NCBI GenBank assembly: GCA_964517135.1
Contig: CAZFBA010000008.1
Span: 40,064 to 104,063 of the forward strand
From: an uncultured Gammaproteobacteria bacterium
GTDB taxonomy: Bacteria > Cyanobacteriota > Vampirovibrionia > JBFMGH01
Direction of reading: 5' to 3'
DNA length: 64,000 bases
Below the pieces are notes generated by a model, which saw only the letters and a list, made by a program, of their open reading frames with translations, did not search any database and was not told where the DNA came from. Both the position numbers and the translations under genes were made by a program. Positions 10,069 through 19,737 of this stretch are shown here, piece after piece. Within the stretch, counting starts at the first letter, position 1. Every line of letters starts with the position of its first letter.

Positions 10069-10315
10069 TATTCTGCCCCTCTGGTTTTAAAATTACCGGC
10101 GGTAAAATTATAAACCAAAAATGTTCTTTATACACATTATGTTATCAACTATTTTTTTCTCTTAATGCTTTCATGGCAATTATTTAGCCTCACAGGGTTT
10201 CTGATGTTTACTTGGTTTGCTGTGTATTTAGGTAAACAAATGGAGATTTTTGCTTGTTATCTTGATATTATTCATGTTTTATTATTATTAAGATATAGTA
10301 ACATGGAAAATTCAA

Positions 10316-10789
10316 ATGAATAAATTCTCGAATATCTTTTGTCTTGTTATCATAACAGTTTTTTTTGTCTTTCAAAGTATTGTCTGTTCAGTTTGTTCGC
10401 AGGAAAAACAAAATGTACTGCCTGTAAAACCTATTGATGTTAAGGAATTGTCAGATGTCAATTGTTTTAAAGCATCTTTTGATGCTGATAGGCTTATAGT
10501 AGTTAACTTTTATTCCAGCTGGTGTAGAACATGCAGGCTGGTTGAACCTGTTTATGAAATTACTGCTGCTATATATTCTGATAAAATTAGCTTTTATGCT
10601 TTTGATGTCGATGAATACCCGGATTTAGGTAGCAATTTTGATATTGTTTATTTGCCAACTGTTTATGCTATAAATCCTACATGCAATGATATTAAAGAAA
10701 TACCGGTACGTTATATGCTTGATAGGCAGACATTGTCAAAGAAACTCGATGAGCTTATAGCTAAATTTGCTACTATATGCACTAAATAG
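10316..10789 (+). CDS. Secreted thioredoxin-fold protein (CRTC motif)
   Basis: 157 aa; N-terminal signal-like hydrophobic segment; VVNFYSSWCRTCRLVEP has the thioredoxin layout but W-C-R-T-C instead of WCGPC. Confidence 0.65.
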   Translation: MNKFSNIFCLVIITVFFVFQSIVCSVCSQEKQNVLPVKPIDVKELSDVNCFKASFDADRLIVVNFYSSWCRTCRLVEPVYEITAAIYSDKISFYAFDVDEYPDLGSNFDIVYLPTVYAINPTCNDIKEIPVRYMLDRQTLSKKLDELIAKFATICTK

Positions 10790-10878
10790 CTCTTAAATTA
10801 TTCTTTTCCGTTCTGTTGCTCAAGAATTGTGGTATGATTGATAGATATTCAGTTAGCTTATTTTTTGGGGAAACCATC

Positions 10879-11352
10879 ATGAAACCTATAAAAATCTTTA
10901 ATATAGTGTTGCTTCTGGCTTTTCTAGTGCTTTTAAATACGGCATGTTGTTGCTGTTCGGATAGTAGCTGGAAAAGTATTGACAGGCCCAGGCCATCGTC
11001 ATACAATACAGGGCCAACTTATGAGGATGCTATAAGTGCCAATAAGCCTGTTATAGTGTATTTCTATTCAGATTTTTGCGGTGCATGTACTACTACGGCT
11101 CCTATTTTTGCTGATATCAGGTCAGAATATCAGGATAAAGCCAGTTTTGTAATGCTTAACCCTGATACACACGGATACCTTTTTAGAGAATACAATGTTA
11201 ACAGCTATCCGACTGTTTATATAATTAATCCAGATTCTAAATACCGTGAAAAAATTCCTTATAGAGAAATTACAACGAATGACAGCTTTAAAGCTTATCT
11301 GGAAAAGAATCTTGAAGAATTCAGGCCACAAAAGAAAGTAATGTTATATTAG
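10879..11352 (+). CDS. Secreted/lipoprotein-like thioredoxin-fold protein (CGAC motif)
   Basis: Start placed at internal ATG (MKPIKIFNIVLLLAFLVLLNTACCCC...). VYFYSDFCGACTTTAPIF thioredoxin-like CxxC. Paralog of the preceding gene. Confidence 0.6.
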   Translation: MKPIKIFNIVLLLAFLVLLNTACCCCSDSSWKSIDRPRPSSYNTGPTYEDAISANKPVIVYFYSDFCGACTTTAPIFADIRSEYQDKASFVMLNPDTHGYLFREYNVNSYPTVYIINPDSKYREKIPYREITTNDSFKAYLEKNLEEFRPQKKVMLY

Positions 11353-12699
11353 TCTCCCTTTTAATGACCAGGGAGAAGCCTCTTCGACAAAGATTTTAAC
11401 AGTTTGACCTGTCAGTTCTTTCTCTCCTTTAAAGTGTGTGAGCTTATTGTTTCTTGTTCTTCCATTGAGAATAAAGCCATTTTCTTTTTTTGTATAACTT
11501 TCAACCAGTACTTCCTGTATTGTATTCTGGTATTTTAAGCTGGCTTTCAGTGCAGCTTCTTTAACATGGGAGTTTAATATGTTAATACGTTCTTTTTTAA
11601 TAGATACTGGTAACTGTTTATCTTTCCATGTAGCAGCAGGTGTTTGCTTTCTTGGGGAGTACATGGCTGTATTGCATTGGTCAAAGCCTAAATCGTTTAT
11701 TGCCTTTACTGTATCATAGAACTGTTCTTCGGTTTCACCAGGAAATGCTACTATAAAGTCTGATGTAATGGCAACATCGTTGATTTTGTTCTTGATCTTA
11801 TTGACCAGTGTATAGTATTCTTCAGAGGTATAGCCTCTTTTCATTTTTTTTAATATTTCTGTATTGCCGCTTTGCATTGGTATATGGAAGTATTCGCAGA
11901 CCTTATCAAGCTCTGCAACAGTATCTATAAGATCATCAGTTATATCTTTAGGGTGAGAGGTTACAAACCTGATACGATAGAGATTAGAGATCTTATTAAG
12001 CCTTTTTAGAAGTGCAGGAAGGTTGACATTGTTATCATTGATGTCGTTGCCATAAGAGTCTACTGTCTGTCCCAGTAGTGTAACCTCTTTATAACCTTGA
12101 TTTGCTAGTTTTTCAACTTCCTGAACGATTTCATCAAAAGGTCTGCTGCGTTGTCTGCCACGTACGTAGGGCACCACACAATAAGTACAGAAATAATCGC
12201 ATCCTTCGATGATGTTGACCCAGGCTGTTATGGTGTTATCTCTGACTGCTGTAAAATCTTTCCTGGTGCCCTGGTAAGGTGTTTTAAGTATTGAACACTG
12301 GCTCGTATGTTTGCTTTCTTGCTTCTTAATAAGTTCAGGTAGTTCATCTATGTTATGTGTACCAAAAATTATGTCTACATAAGGTGCTCTTTTAAGAATT
12401 TCTTCTTTTCTTTGCTGTGCAACACACCCACAAATGGCAATTTTGATATCAGGTTTAGTCTTTTTCATCTTTCCCCAGACTCCTAGATAGCTGAATGCTT
12501 TATCTTCTGCGCTGGCTCTTATTGTACAGGTGTTTATGATCAGTAAATCAGCTTCTTTGTGGTTAGATGTTTGATAATAATTTAGTGTTTCCAATATGCC
12601 AAGTATCTTTTCGCTGTCTGATTTGTTCATCTGGCAGCCCAGTGTTTCTATATAGACTTTTTTTCTGTTGTTTTTCATAGTTTTGCAGTGTTTAAACAT
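11344..12699 (-). CDS. miaB: tRNA methylthiotransferase MiaB (radical SAM)
   Basis: YIETLGCQMNKSDSE N-terminal MTTase domain, radical-SAM CDYFCTYCVVP, C-terminal TRAM-like region. True start probably the second Met at 12678 (MKNNRKKVYIETLGCQMN). Confidence 0.85.
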   Translation of the reverse strand: MFKHCKTMKNNRKKVYIETLGCQMNKSDSEKILGILETLNYYQTSNHKEADLLIINTCTIRASAEDKAFSYLGVWGKMKKTKPDIKIAICGCVAQQRKEEILKRAPYVDIIFGTHNIDELPELIKKQESKHTSQCSILKTPYQGTRKDFTAVRDNTITAWVNIIEGCDYFCTYCVVPYVRGRQRSRPFDEIVQEVEKLANQGYKEVTLLGQTVDSYGNDINDNNVNLPALLKRLNKISNLYRIRFVTSHPKDITDDLIDTVAELDKVCEYFHIPMQSGNTEILKKMKRGYTSEEYYTLVNKIKNKINDVAITSDFIVAFPGETEEQFYDTVKAINDLGFDQCNTAMYSPRKQTPAATWKDKQLPVSIKKERINILNSHVKEAALKASLKYQNTIQEVLVESYTKKENGFILNGRTRNNKLTHFKGEKELTGQTVKIFVEEASPWSLKGRLI

Positions 12700-12776
12700 C
12701 CGGAGTTCTAAAAGTATAGCATAATAGTGTCTGAATAATATTTGAATTGTTAAATTATATAAATAATCTGCTATTG

Positions 12777-13535
12777 TTAAAGTTTGAAATGATACTTTTT
12801 CATTATTTCTTTTGCTGTTGAAGATTTAAGGAAGTTATTAAAGTCTCTAACATACCAGTTTTTGTCTTTATATCTGGCTATTGCACTTGCATAGATGATA
12901 GGTGAATGAAGCCTGGTGTTTAAAATGTCTGTCACGTGTACAAAAGATCTTTTTGCAAAGCTACAATACATTATACCTCCGTCATTCAGGCTTGATCCTG
13001 CTTGTCTGGCTATTTCATCATTTGTATTGTAGTAAATAATTTTTTTGTTTAGCTTTGTCAGGAGGTTTAAATTTTTTAGTGCTTCTCTGGTATATTCTCC
13101 AAGTGCGGTTTCATAAGGGTTGCCAGCTATAATAGCTTTTGTGACAGTTGTTTCAGGGTATAGCATAAATGGTCTTATTATACTGCTTTTCTTTATCACA
13201 ACACACAGGCTGTCACTGCCCAGTTTTTTCAGGGTTCCTTTGATAAGTAATTCTTCTTCTGCCCATTCTTCAAGAATACTGCTGTTGTCGAGTATGACTA
13301 TATCTATATTGTGATGTTTTTCAGAAAGTCTTTCTTTTAAACCCTTCTGTTTAAAGTTTAGAATGTTTATATATATCTCTGGATGTTTTTTGTTGTAGGT
13401 ATCTTTAATTTCTGTAACAATTGGAATAAGGTCTTTTATTGTAGCAACACTAACTTCATTTGCTAATACGTTTGGTATTAGAGTAAAAAACAATACATAT
13501 GTAGTTAAGATGCTTATGGTTGTAAGTTTATGCAT
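12777..13535 (-). CDS. ModA-like periplasmic solute-binding protein (molybdate/tungstate-type fold), orphan
   Basis: 252 aa with signal peptide. Overall layout and C-terminal AKEIMKKYHFKL resemble ModA-type binding proteins (A.EIFKRYGF). No permease or ATPase adjacent. Confidence 0.4.
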   Translation of the reverse strand: MHKLTTISILTTYVLFFTLIPNVLANEVSVATIKDLIPIVTEIKDTYNKKHPEIYINILNFKQKGLKERLSEKHHNIDIVILDNSSILEEWAEEELLIKGTLKKLGSDSLCVVIKKSSIIRPFMLYPETTVTKAIIAGNPYETALGEYTREALKNLNLLTKLNKKIIYYNTNDEIARQAGSSLNDGGIMYCSFAKRSFVHVTDILNTRLHSPIIYASAIARYKDKNWYVRDFNNFLKSSTAKEIMKKYHFKL

Positions 13536-13595
13536 GAGTATATTCCGAACTGTGCCTTTAAAGAGGTTGATAAGGCCGTTCTTTTACAGTTATTT

Positions 13596-14729
13596 TTATT
13601 TGCTATCAACGTTTTGCCATAATGCTATCCCGAACCAGACCAAATTTTGACCGTAATAGTCTTTGGGGTTACCCCAGAATCCTTTTATATAGTCTGCAGC
13701 CAGTTTTTGATGATATATTTTTTTTGCAACCTGTGGATTTATAATTGCTATAGCAGGTAATACAGCTCCGTAGATTGCGTAAGATTCTTCTCCTTTTCTT
13801 ATTACTCCGTCAACGGTAACACTTGTGGGCAGAGATCCGTTTATTTCCCAGTAGTCAATGAAGAATTTGGTTGATTTTTTCAGGTAGTCATAGGCTCTGG
13901 GATCTTTGTTTAGTATGTAATCAAGGGCTATACGCCAGTGTGTTCTTATTGCATCATAAGAATAGTCGCTTTCTTTCTTGTTGATGGTTTTGTCTATGGT
14001 TATTTCACCTGTGTTTTTATTTATGTAGCACCAGTCAGGCGGCAGGTAAAAGACAGAGAAGGATGATGCTTCTTTAATAACTTCGTATGAAGAGTCAACG
14101 AGAGAATTCCAGTCGTGATCTTTATCTATGGTAGCAAAAATCCTGTATGCATAAGGTGCAAAATATGATGGATTAAGTTTAACATTGACATCATGAACTG
14201 CCCAGTCTCCTGCTGTAAGGTAATTTTTACCTTTTATGTTAATAACTTCTTTATCCCACATATCTTTGAGAATTGCTCTGGCCTGTGTTTTGTAGCAATC
14301 ATTATTCCACTTTTTGCTTGCAAGTATAAGGGCAAGAGCAATGTCTTCTTCTGCATCTGTAGCGCTTGCTTTATCTATTATTGACCATTCTCCATTATTG
14401 TTTTGGCCCCATTTCCAGCCAAACAGGTTGTCGCCTCTTATCTTCAGGTTATTATTAGCCCAGTTTAAGGCTTTATCAAATATTTCTTTATCATTATGCC
14501 ATAATGCACGCAACATAGCATATGATTGACCTTCGGATGTAGTAATGTTATTTCCATAGAAGTCTATTACCCTTCCATCATCCTGTATGAAAAAGCTTTT
14601 ATAGGTTTTCCATGATTGTTTGAGCTGCTCATTACTGCTTAGTTCTGAGCATATGCCGTTTCTCATTGATAAGAAGATTAATCCGGTTGTTATTATTCCT
14701 GCTAATAGGTATATATATAGCTTATTCAT
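13596..14729 (-). CDS. Glycoside hydrolase family 8 (endoglucanase-like)
   Basis: 377 aa with signal peptide. TSEGQSYAM and ASATDAEEDIALALILASKKW match the GH8 signature A-[ST]-D-[AG]-D-x2-[IM]-A-x-[SA]-[LIVM]-[LIVMG]-x-A-x3-[FW] except Glu in place of the second Asp. Confidence 0.8.
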   Translation of the reverse strand: MNKLYIYLLAGIITTGLIFLSMRNGICSELSSNEQLKQSWKTYKSFFIQDDGRVIDFYGNNITTSEGQSYAMLRALWHNDKEIFDKALNWANNNLKIRGDNLFGWKWGQNNNGEWSIIDKASATDAEEDIALALILASKKWNNDCYKTQARAILKDMWDKEVINIKGKNYLTAGDWAVHDVNVKLNPSYFAPYAYRIFATIDKDHDWNSLVDSSYEVIKEASSFSVFYLPPDWCYINKNTGEITIDKTINKKESDYSYDAIRTHWRIALDYILNKDPRAYDYLKKSTKFFIDYWEINGSLPTSVTVDGVIRKGEESYAIYGAVLPAIAIINPQVAKKIYHQKLAADYIKGFWGNPKDYYGQNLVWFGIALWQNVDSK

Positions 14730-14737
14730 GGTTACTC

Positions 14738-15421
14738 CTAAACTAAACCATCTTTTAGCGCTTTTATTGCTGCTTGTGTTCTGTCATCTACAGACAATTT
14801 TTGAAGTATACTGCAAACATGCGCTTTAGCGGTATGTATACTAACTACGAGGTGTTTGGCTATTTCAGCATTTGAGTTCCCGTCAACCAGTAATTTTAAG
14901 ACTTCTAGTTCTCTTTCAGTTAGCTGGGCTTTCTCATGTGGGCTATCTTGCTGGGATGGTAGAGCTGATTTCTTGATAGGCCTGCTGGAAATGTTTTTCA
15001 ATACAATGCTGGCTATGGCAGGGTCAAGCCATGCAGCACCATCATATATGGATTGTACTACGTGTATTAGTCTATCAGGTTCGATATCCTTTAGGCAATA
15101 AGCATTGGCGCCCGAGCTGAGAGATGCCCATACTTCTTCTTCGTTATTGTGTGATGTTAGTATAATTACTTTAGTGTTTTCATTAGCTGCTTTTATTTTT
15201 TGCGTTGCTTCAATACCATTTATGCCAGGCAGGCCAAGATCCATGAGAACTATATCAGGCATAAGCTCTTGTGCAAGGGTTACTCCTTCTTCACCTGTTT
15301 CTGCTTCTCCTATCACCTCGATGTTATCAGCTTCTCCAAAGGCTGTTTTTAACCCAAATCGGGTTAGTGTATGATCTTCAACCAGTATAATACTGATTTT
15401 TTTGCTTAAAGTTTTGCTCAT
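14738..15421 (-). CDS. Response regulator, NarL/LuxR family (REC + HTH)
   Basis: 227 aa; receiver domain (ILVEDHTLTRFG...DIVLMDLGLPGINGIE) and C-terminal LuxR HTH (LTERELEVLKLLVDGNSNAEIAKHLVVSIHTAKAHVCSILQKL). Start overlaps the kinase stop (TAATG). Confidence 0.85.
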   Translation of the reverse strand: MSKTLSKKISIILVEDHTLTRFGLKTAFGEADNIEVIGEAETGEEGVTLAQELMPDIVLMDLGLPGINGIEATQKIKAANENTKVIILTSHNNEEEVWASLSSGANAYCLKDIEPDRLIHVVQSIYDGAAWLDPAIASIVLKNISSRPIKKSALPSQQDSPHEKAQLTERELEVLKLLVDGNSNAEIAKHLVVSIHTAKAHVCSILQKLSVDDRTQAAIKALKDGLV

Positions 15422-17547
15422 TAGCTGCTTTCCTCGATGTTAATTGGTAATGAAACGAAAAAAGTGCTCCCTTTGCCTGGTGTGCTTTCTACCCATATTT
15501 TACCATTATGTGCCAGAATAATTTGTTTGGAAAGGTAGAGTCCAAGGCCCGTTCCTACTTTTCTGAATTTTTTAGAGCTGGTAAAGTACCTGTCAAAGAT
15601 GTTTTTGAGGTCATTTTCAGGTATTCCTTTTCCGTTGTCTATTACTTTAATGATTACATTTTCTTCGTTTTGTTCCGATTCAATTTGTATAGTGCCGTTT
15701 TCCTGTGTGTATGTAATAGCATTGCCGATCAGGTTTATAAAAACCCTTTTTATTTCATTGATATCGACCGTAACCGGTGCTAAAATCTCTTTTGTATTGT
15801 TTATAATGCTCTGGTAATGTTTGGCTGCCAGCGGGTATAGCTCATTTATGCATTCTTTCAGGAGATTGTTGAGGCTTGTTTTTTCTTTGTACAACTGCAA
15901 TGTGCCGGATTCATATTTGTATACATCCAGCAGTGTATTGACAAGCTTTATGAGATCCTGGTTTGATTTTAGCATAGTCTCTGCTGCCAGCTTCTGTGTT
16001 TCTGTAAGGTCTCCATATGTGCCTTTTAGCAGATATTTTAAAGCGTTATTTTCTGCTAATAGTGGGACTCTAAGATCATGGGTGAGGGTTGCAACAAAGT
16101 TTTCTTTTACCTTTTCGAGTTCTTTAAACTGGGTTATATCCATTAAAACTGTCACAAATGATTCTTTGGACTTTGTTAGTCCGTGGATGATAGAGCTGTT
16201 CAGGGCAACAAAAGTAGTCTTTCCTGATTGTTTATTGGTTATTGTCCCCTCCTTGGGCATTTCTTCGGGCCAATAGGCAGCAATAGGGCATACTGATGGG
16301 TCTGTACAGTCTATATCGCTCATCTTAATGTTACACCTGCATTTAACAAATTCGTTAAAGTGGTGTCCTACAATCTTTTCAGATGACGCACCCGCCCATT
16401 GTGTTATAGTGGGGTTAACATTAATGATTTTAAGATCGCTTGTAAGTGTTATTATGCCGTCTGTTGACGAATTGAATATAGCTTCAAGGTTATCTTTTTT
16501 AGATCTTAGTTCATCCTGATAAGCTATAATCTCATAGTCTCTCTTTTTAATTGCTTTAAACATATCGTTAAGGTTTTCTGCTATTGATGAGCATATTTTT
16601 TCTGGCGTATGGTCAATCTGGAAATCTAAATTGCCTTTTTTTGCTTCTTTTATGCCTTTGTTTATAGATTTAACACTATGTTGAAGATTCTTATGTGATA
16701 AGAATGCAAAGCCAAACATTATTAAAAAAGTTAATATCAACGTCAGGGTAATTATTTTGATACTTTCAGATTTGATGGGTGTGTATTTTGAAGGGCTTAT
16801 ACCTGCTATAATAGCACCAATTGTTTCATCATTAAAGTTTTTAAGTGCTTTCGCAGTGCCTGTAAATTCCTGTCCACTGATGTTTAAATATCCATAATAG
16901 CTTCTTTTTTCTGAGAGCTTTTTTTTAAGAAGACCGGTTTTAGTTTTAATTCTTCTTAGTTTATAACTATCAGGGATGCCTTTAATGCCTGTTGGTTCTG
17001 CATCGAGGCTTCCCTGTACCATACTGGTCCCTTCCAGGGGTATAATAGCAAGTAAAATAGATTGTTTATTCAGAGGAATAGCAATAACCCGTGATATGCG
17101 TTCATCATAAAGCTCACTGGAGCTTATTATATATCCTGTTGAACATTTTTCTAACAGCTTTTGAAAATGGTTAAAGTTTTTATTTCTAAAGTCTTTATGG
17201 TTGATAATATCCAGAAAATAAAATTGGTGTTCATTTTTCAGGTTGATTAGTTCTTTTTGAAGGCTGTCAATATCGTTTTTATAATATGTCATAAGCTTAA
17301 GTAGCCTGTTTTCAATCGTTTTTAAATATAAGCTTTTTTCTGTAAGTTCTGTAATTATTATATTATTTGAATAATCGATAGTTTCTTCATTGATTTTGCT
17401 TGTTAAAAGAAAATTTGAAAACATCAAAAGCAGGCTTAATGCTATCAGCACAAAGATAATGAAGCTTACAATAAAATCTTTCCCGACAGGAATATTCCGG
17501 TAGATTTCTGTTTTTGTTTTATTCTTATTATGATTAATGATTTTCAA
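15421..17547 (-). CDS. Sensor histidine kinase (periplasmic sensor + PAS + HisKA + HATPase)
   Basis: 708 aa; two TM segments flanking an extracytoplasmic domain, PAS-like region, H-box LTHDLRVPLL, ATPase motifs DNGKGIP and GTGLGLYLSK. Confidence 0.85.
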   Translation of the reverse strand: MKIINHNKNKTKTEIYRNIPVGKDFIVSFIIFVLIALSLLLMFSNFLLTSKINEETIDYSNNIIITELTEKSLYLKTIENRLLKLMTYYKNDIDSLQKELINLKNEHQFYFLDIINHKDFRNKNFNHFQKLLEKCSTGYIISSSELYDERISRVIAIPLNKQSILLAIIPLEGTSMVQGSLDAEPTGIKGIPDSYKLRRIKTKTGLLKKKLSEKRSYYGYLNISGQEFTGTAKALKNFNDETIGAIIAGISPSKYTPIKSESIKIITLTLILTFLIMFGFAFLSHKNLQHSVKSINKGIKEAKKGNLDFQIDHTPEKICSSIAENLNDMFKAIKKRDYEIIAYQDELRSKKDNLEAIFNSSTDGIITLTSDLKIINVNPTITQWAGASSEKIVGHHFNEFVKCRCNIKMSDIDCTDPSVCPIAAYWPEEMPKEGTITNKQSGKTTFVALNSSIIHGLTKSKESFVTVLMDITQFKELEKVKENFVATLTHDLRVPLLAENNALKYLLKGTYGDLTETQKLAAETMLKSNQDLIKLVNTLLDVYKYESGTLQLYKEKTSLNNLLKECINELYPLAAKHYQSIINNTKEILAPVTVDINEIKRVFINLIGNAITYTQENGTIQIESEQNEENVIIKVIDNGKGIPENDLKNIFDRYFTSSKKFRKVGTGLGLYLSKQIILAHNGKIWVESTPGKGSTFFVSLPINIEESS

Positions 17548-17633
17548 TTTTAGCAGGATAAAATAAACTTCTTAATCTGTTATATTGTTGATGTTACAGC
17601 AAATATTTCTTCTACACAAATGAACATAGCCCG

Positions 17634-18434
17634 ATGGATTTAGGATTTTACATATTTTTATTTATTGCTGGCGCTCTTACAGGGGTGTTTTCAGGCCTTT
17701 TAGGTATTGGTGGGGCACTGATTATTATTCCGGTATTGCTTTATGTGCCCGCTTTTTTAGGTTTGCATGTTATGTCACTCCACGTCATAACAGGTATAGC
17801 CGCAATGCAGACGACTTTTGGTACCCTTACATCAGCTATTTTTCATCGCCAAACAGGAAATGTTAAAGATAGTATTGTTTTTAAAGTAGGCTTTGGTGTT
17901 GCTGCTGGTGCTATAACGGGAGCTATATTATCTAAATTTCTTTCTGCTCTCGTTCTAATGTGGATTTATGCACTTTTTATGGCAGTTGCTGCTTCTTTAA
18001 TTCTGATAAGAAAAGAGCCTGGCCCTTCGCATGATCCTCCCAGTGAAGAATATGTACCTGCTTATAAGGGTATCATTGTTGGTGTCATTGCAGGGTTACC
18101 CTCAGGTGCACTGGGGTTTGCAGGTTCTGTTATAATAATTCCATTATTAAACACCATATTTCGTGTGCCTATGAAAATATGCATAAGCACAGGTACTCAT
18201 ATAGCTTTTTTGGCTGCATTAATGTCTCTTATAGGTAAGATGTCTACAGGTCAGATAGAGATAATTAGCGCTGTCATAATATCGGTTTCTGCTACACTGG
18301 GTGCTTATGGGGGTACTATGTTAAATAAAAAAGCTAACCCGGCGTTTTTAAGGTATTTGTTGTTGGTGCTAATACTTCTTACTCTTGGTAAGGTGCTCTA
18401 TGACATCGCTATAATGACTGTTAATCCTGGATAA
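17634..18434 (+). CDS. TauE/SafE-family sulfite/anion exporter
   Basis: 266 aa polytopic membrane protein with internal duplication and GxxGIGGAL-type motifs (LLGIGGALIIIPVLLYV). Confidence 0.7.
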   Translation: MDLGFYIFLFIAGALTGVFSGLLGIGGALIIIPVLLYVPAFLGLHVMSLHVITGIAAMQTTFGTLTSAIFHRQTGNVKDSIVFKVGFGVAAGAITGAILSKFLSALVLMWIYALFMAVAASLILIRKEPGPSHDPPSEEYVPAYKGIIVGVIAGLPSGALGFAGSVIIIPLLNTIFRVPMKICISTGTHIAFLAALMSLIGKMSTGQIEIISAVIISVSATLGAYGGTMLNKKANPAFLRYLLLVLILLTLGKVLYDIAIMTVNPG

Positions 18435-18642
18435 TGGACTCAATTATCTCAACGATTTTGTCTTGACTGTCAGAGATGTTGTCTATGGGGATTTCTTTTT
18501 CAACTTTGTTTACCAGCGTATCCAGGTTGATGTAGTCAATGTTTTGAAGCTTATTGTTGATTTCAGCTGCCTGATTTTTGTACATTGCCTTTATTACAGT
18601 TATAATGGAGACAATAATAGAGTGGGTCGTTTGCTGCTGCAT
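18421..18642 (-). CDS. Small acidic hypothetical protein (73 aa)
   Basis: ATG preceded by AGGGGG about 7 nt upstream on the minus strand; acidic C-terminus. No family recognised; could be spurious. Confidence 0.3.
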   Translation of the reverse strand: MQQQTTHSIIVSIITVIKAMYKNQAAEINNKLQNIDYINLDTLVNKVEKEIPIDNISDSQDKIVEIIESIIQD

Positions 18643-18788
18643 GAAATGCCCCCTTGAATATAAAAAAAATGCTGCTATTTTTATAATAGCCTAAATAAAA
18701 GGATTTTGCCATAAGTCTTTAGTTGAATTTTCGATCAGACTTATGGTTGAAAGTTTATAAGAGCTTTTTTTTAATGTATATATGCTTC

Positions 18789-19442
18789 TTAGTCTTCTAT
18801 TATAGTATAGTTTCGTTTTTGTTCGGCAGTAATCGCCTCTTTCATTGTGGGTACAGGTGCCTTCTTGTATGCGTAATATTTGCTGCGTTTATATGCTACA
18901 TAGTTTAAATATTTAGGAAGCTTTACCAGGTAATCTATAGGGTTAACATAACCCCCATTATAGTGAACTTCAAAGTGTAAATGAGGGCCAGTTGATCTTC
19001 CTGTTGACCCTACGAGGGCAATTATATCACCTCTTCTTACATACTGGCCTGCCCTGACAAGGTTTTTAGAATTATGTGCATACATTGTTTCTATGACAGG
19101 TAACTCGGGTATATCAGGGTATTCATGCCTCAGTATAACAACATTTCCGTAACCTCCTTTGCCCCCTACGTATACAACATAGCCTTCTTGCAGTGCATAA
19201 ATAGGAGTAGATTCTTTGGCTGCTATATCAAGACCTGCATGAAAGGCATGTTTGCCTGTGAAAGGGTCTTTACGCCAACCAAAGAGTGAGGAGATACTAC
19301 CTTTTGTCGGTCCAACAAAGGTTTTGCTCGTTGTTTGCTGTGCAAACGTTGCTGAACAAAGGTATATAAATGTTACAACGACCATAATCCCTGTAATAAA
19401 GAACGTTTGAACTTTATATCTGGAGTAGCTGCTAATTTCCAT
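18789..19442 (-). CDS. M23-family metallopeptidase
   Basis: HAGLDIA...GYGNVVILRHEY...GSTGRSTGPHLHFEVHYNG are the LytM/M23 zinc-binding motifs (HxxxD, HxH). Confidence 0.85.
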   Translation of the reverse strand: MEISSYSRYKVQTFFITGIMVVVTFIYLCSATFAQQTTSKTFVGPTKGSISSLFGWRKDPFTGKHAFHAGLDIAAKESTPIYALQEGYVVYVGGKGGYGNVVILRHEYPDIPELPVIETMYAHNSKNLVRAGQYVRRGDIIALVGSTGRSTGPHLHFEVHYNGGYVNPIDYLVKLPKYLNYVAYKRSKYYAYKKAPVPTMKEAITAEQKRNYTIIED

Positions 19443-19737
19443 GCACCTAATTTGTTATCCCTACTAATATAATAATCCCATATTAACAAATTTCTACATC
19501 CAGCAAATAATGTAAAAATTCTTTAAATGTTGATTATGTTACAATACGGTTTTGATCACATATTTACATCTTTGATGTATTGATGTAACCTGAATTAAGC
19601 TTGAATATCAAAACCTGTTGACCCTTAAACTTCTTACCTCTACGATATTTCAACAGTGTGATAAAATCTGCTTGAACCTAAAATACTAATATAATTGGTC
19701 GTTTTTGTAGTTGTATTGTTGACAGGCTGTAACTAAT

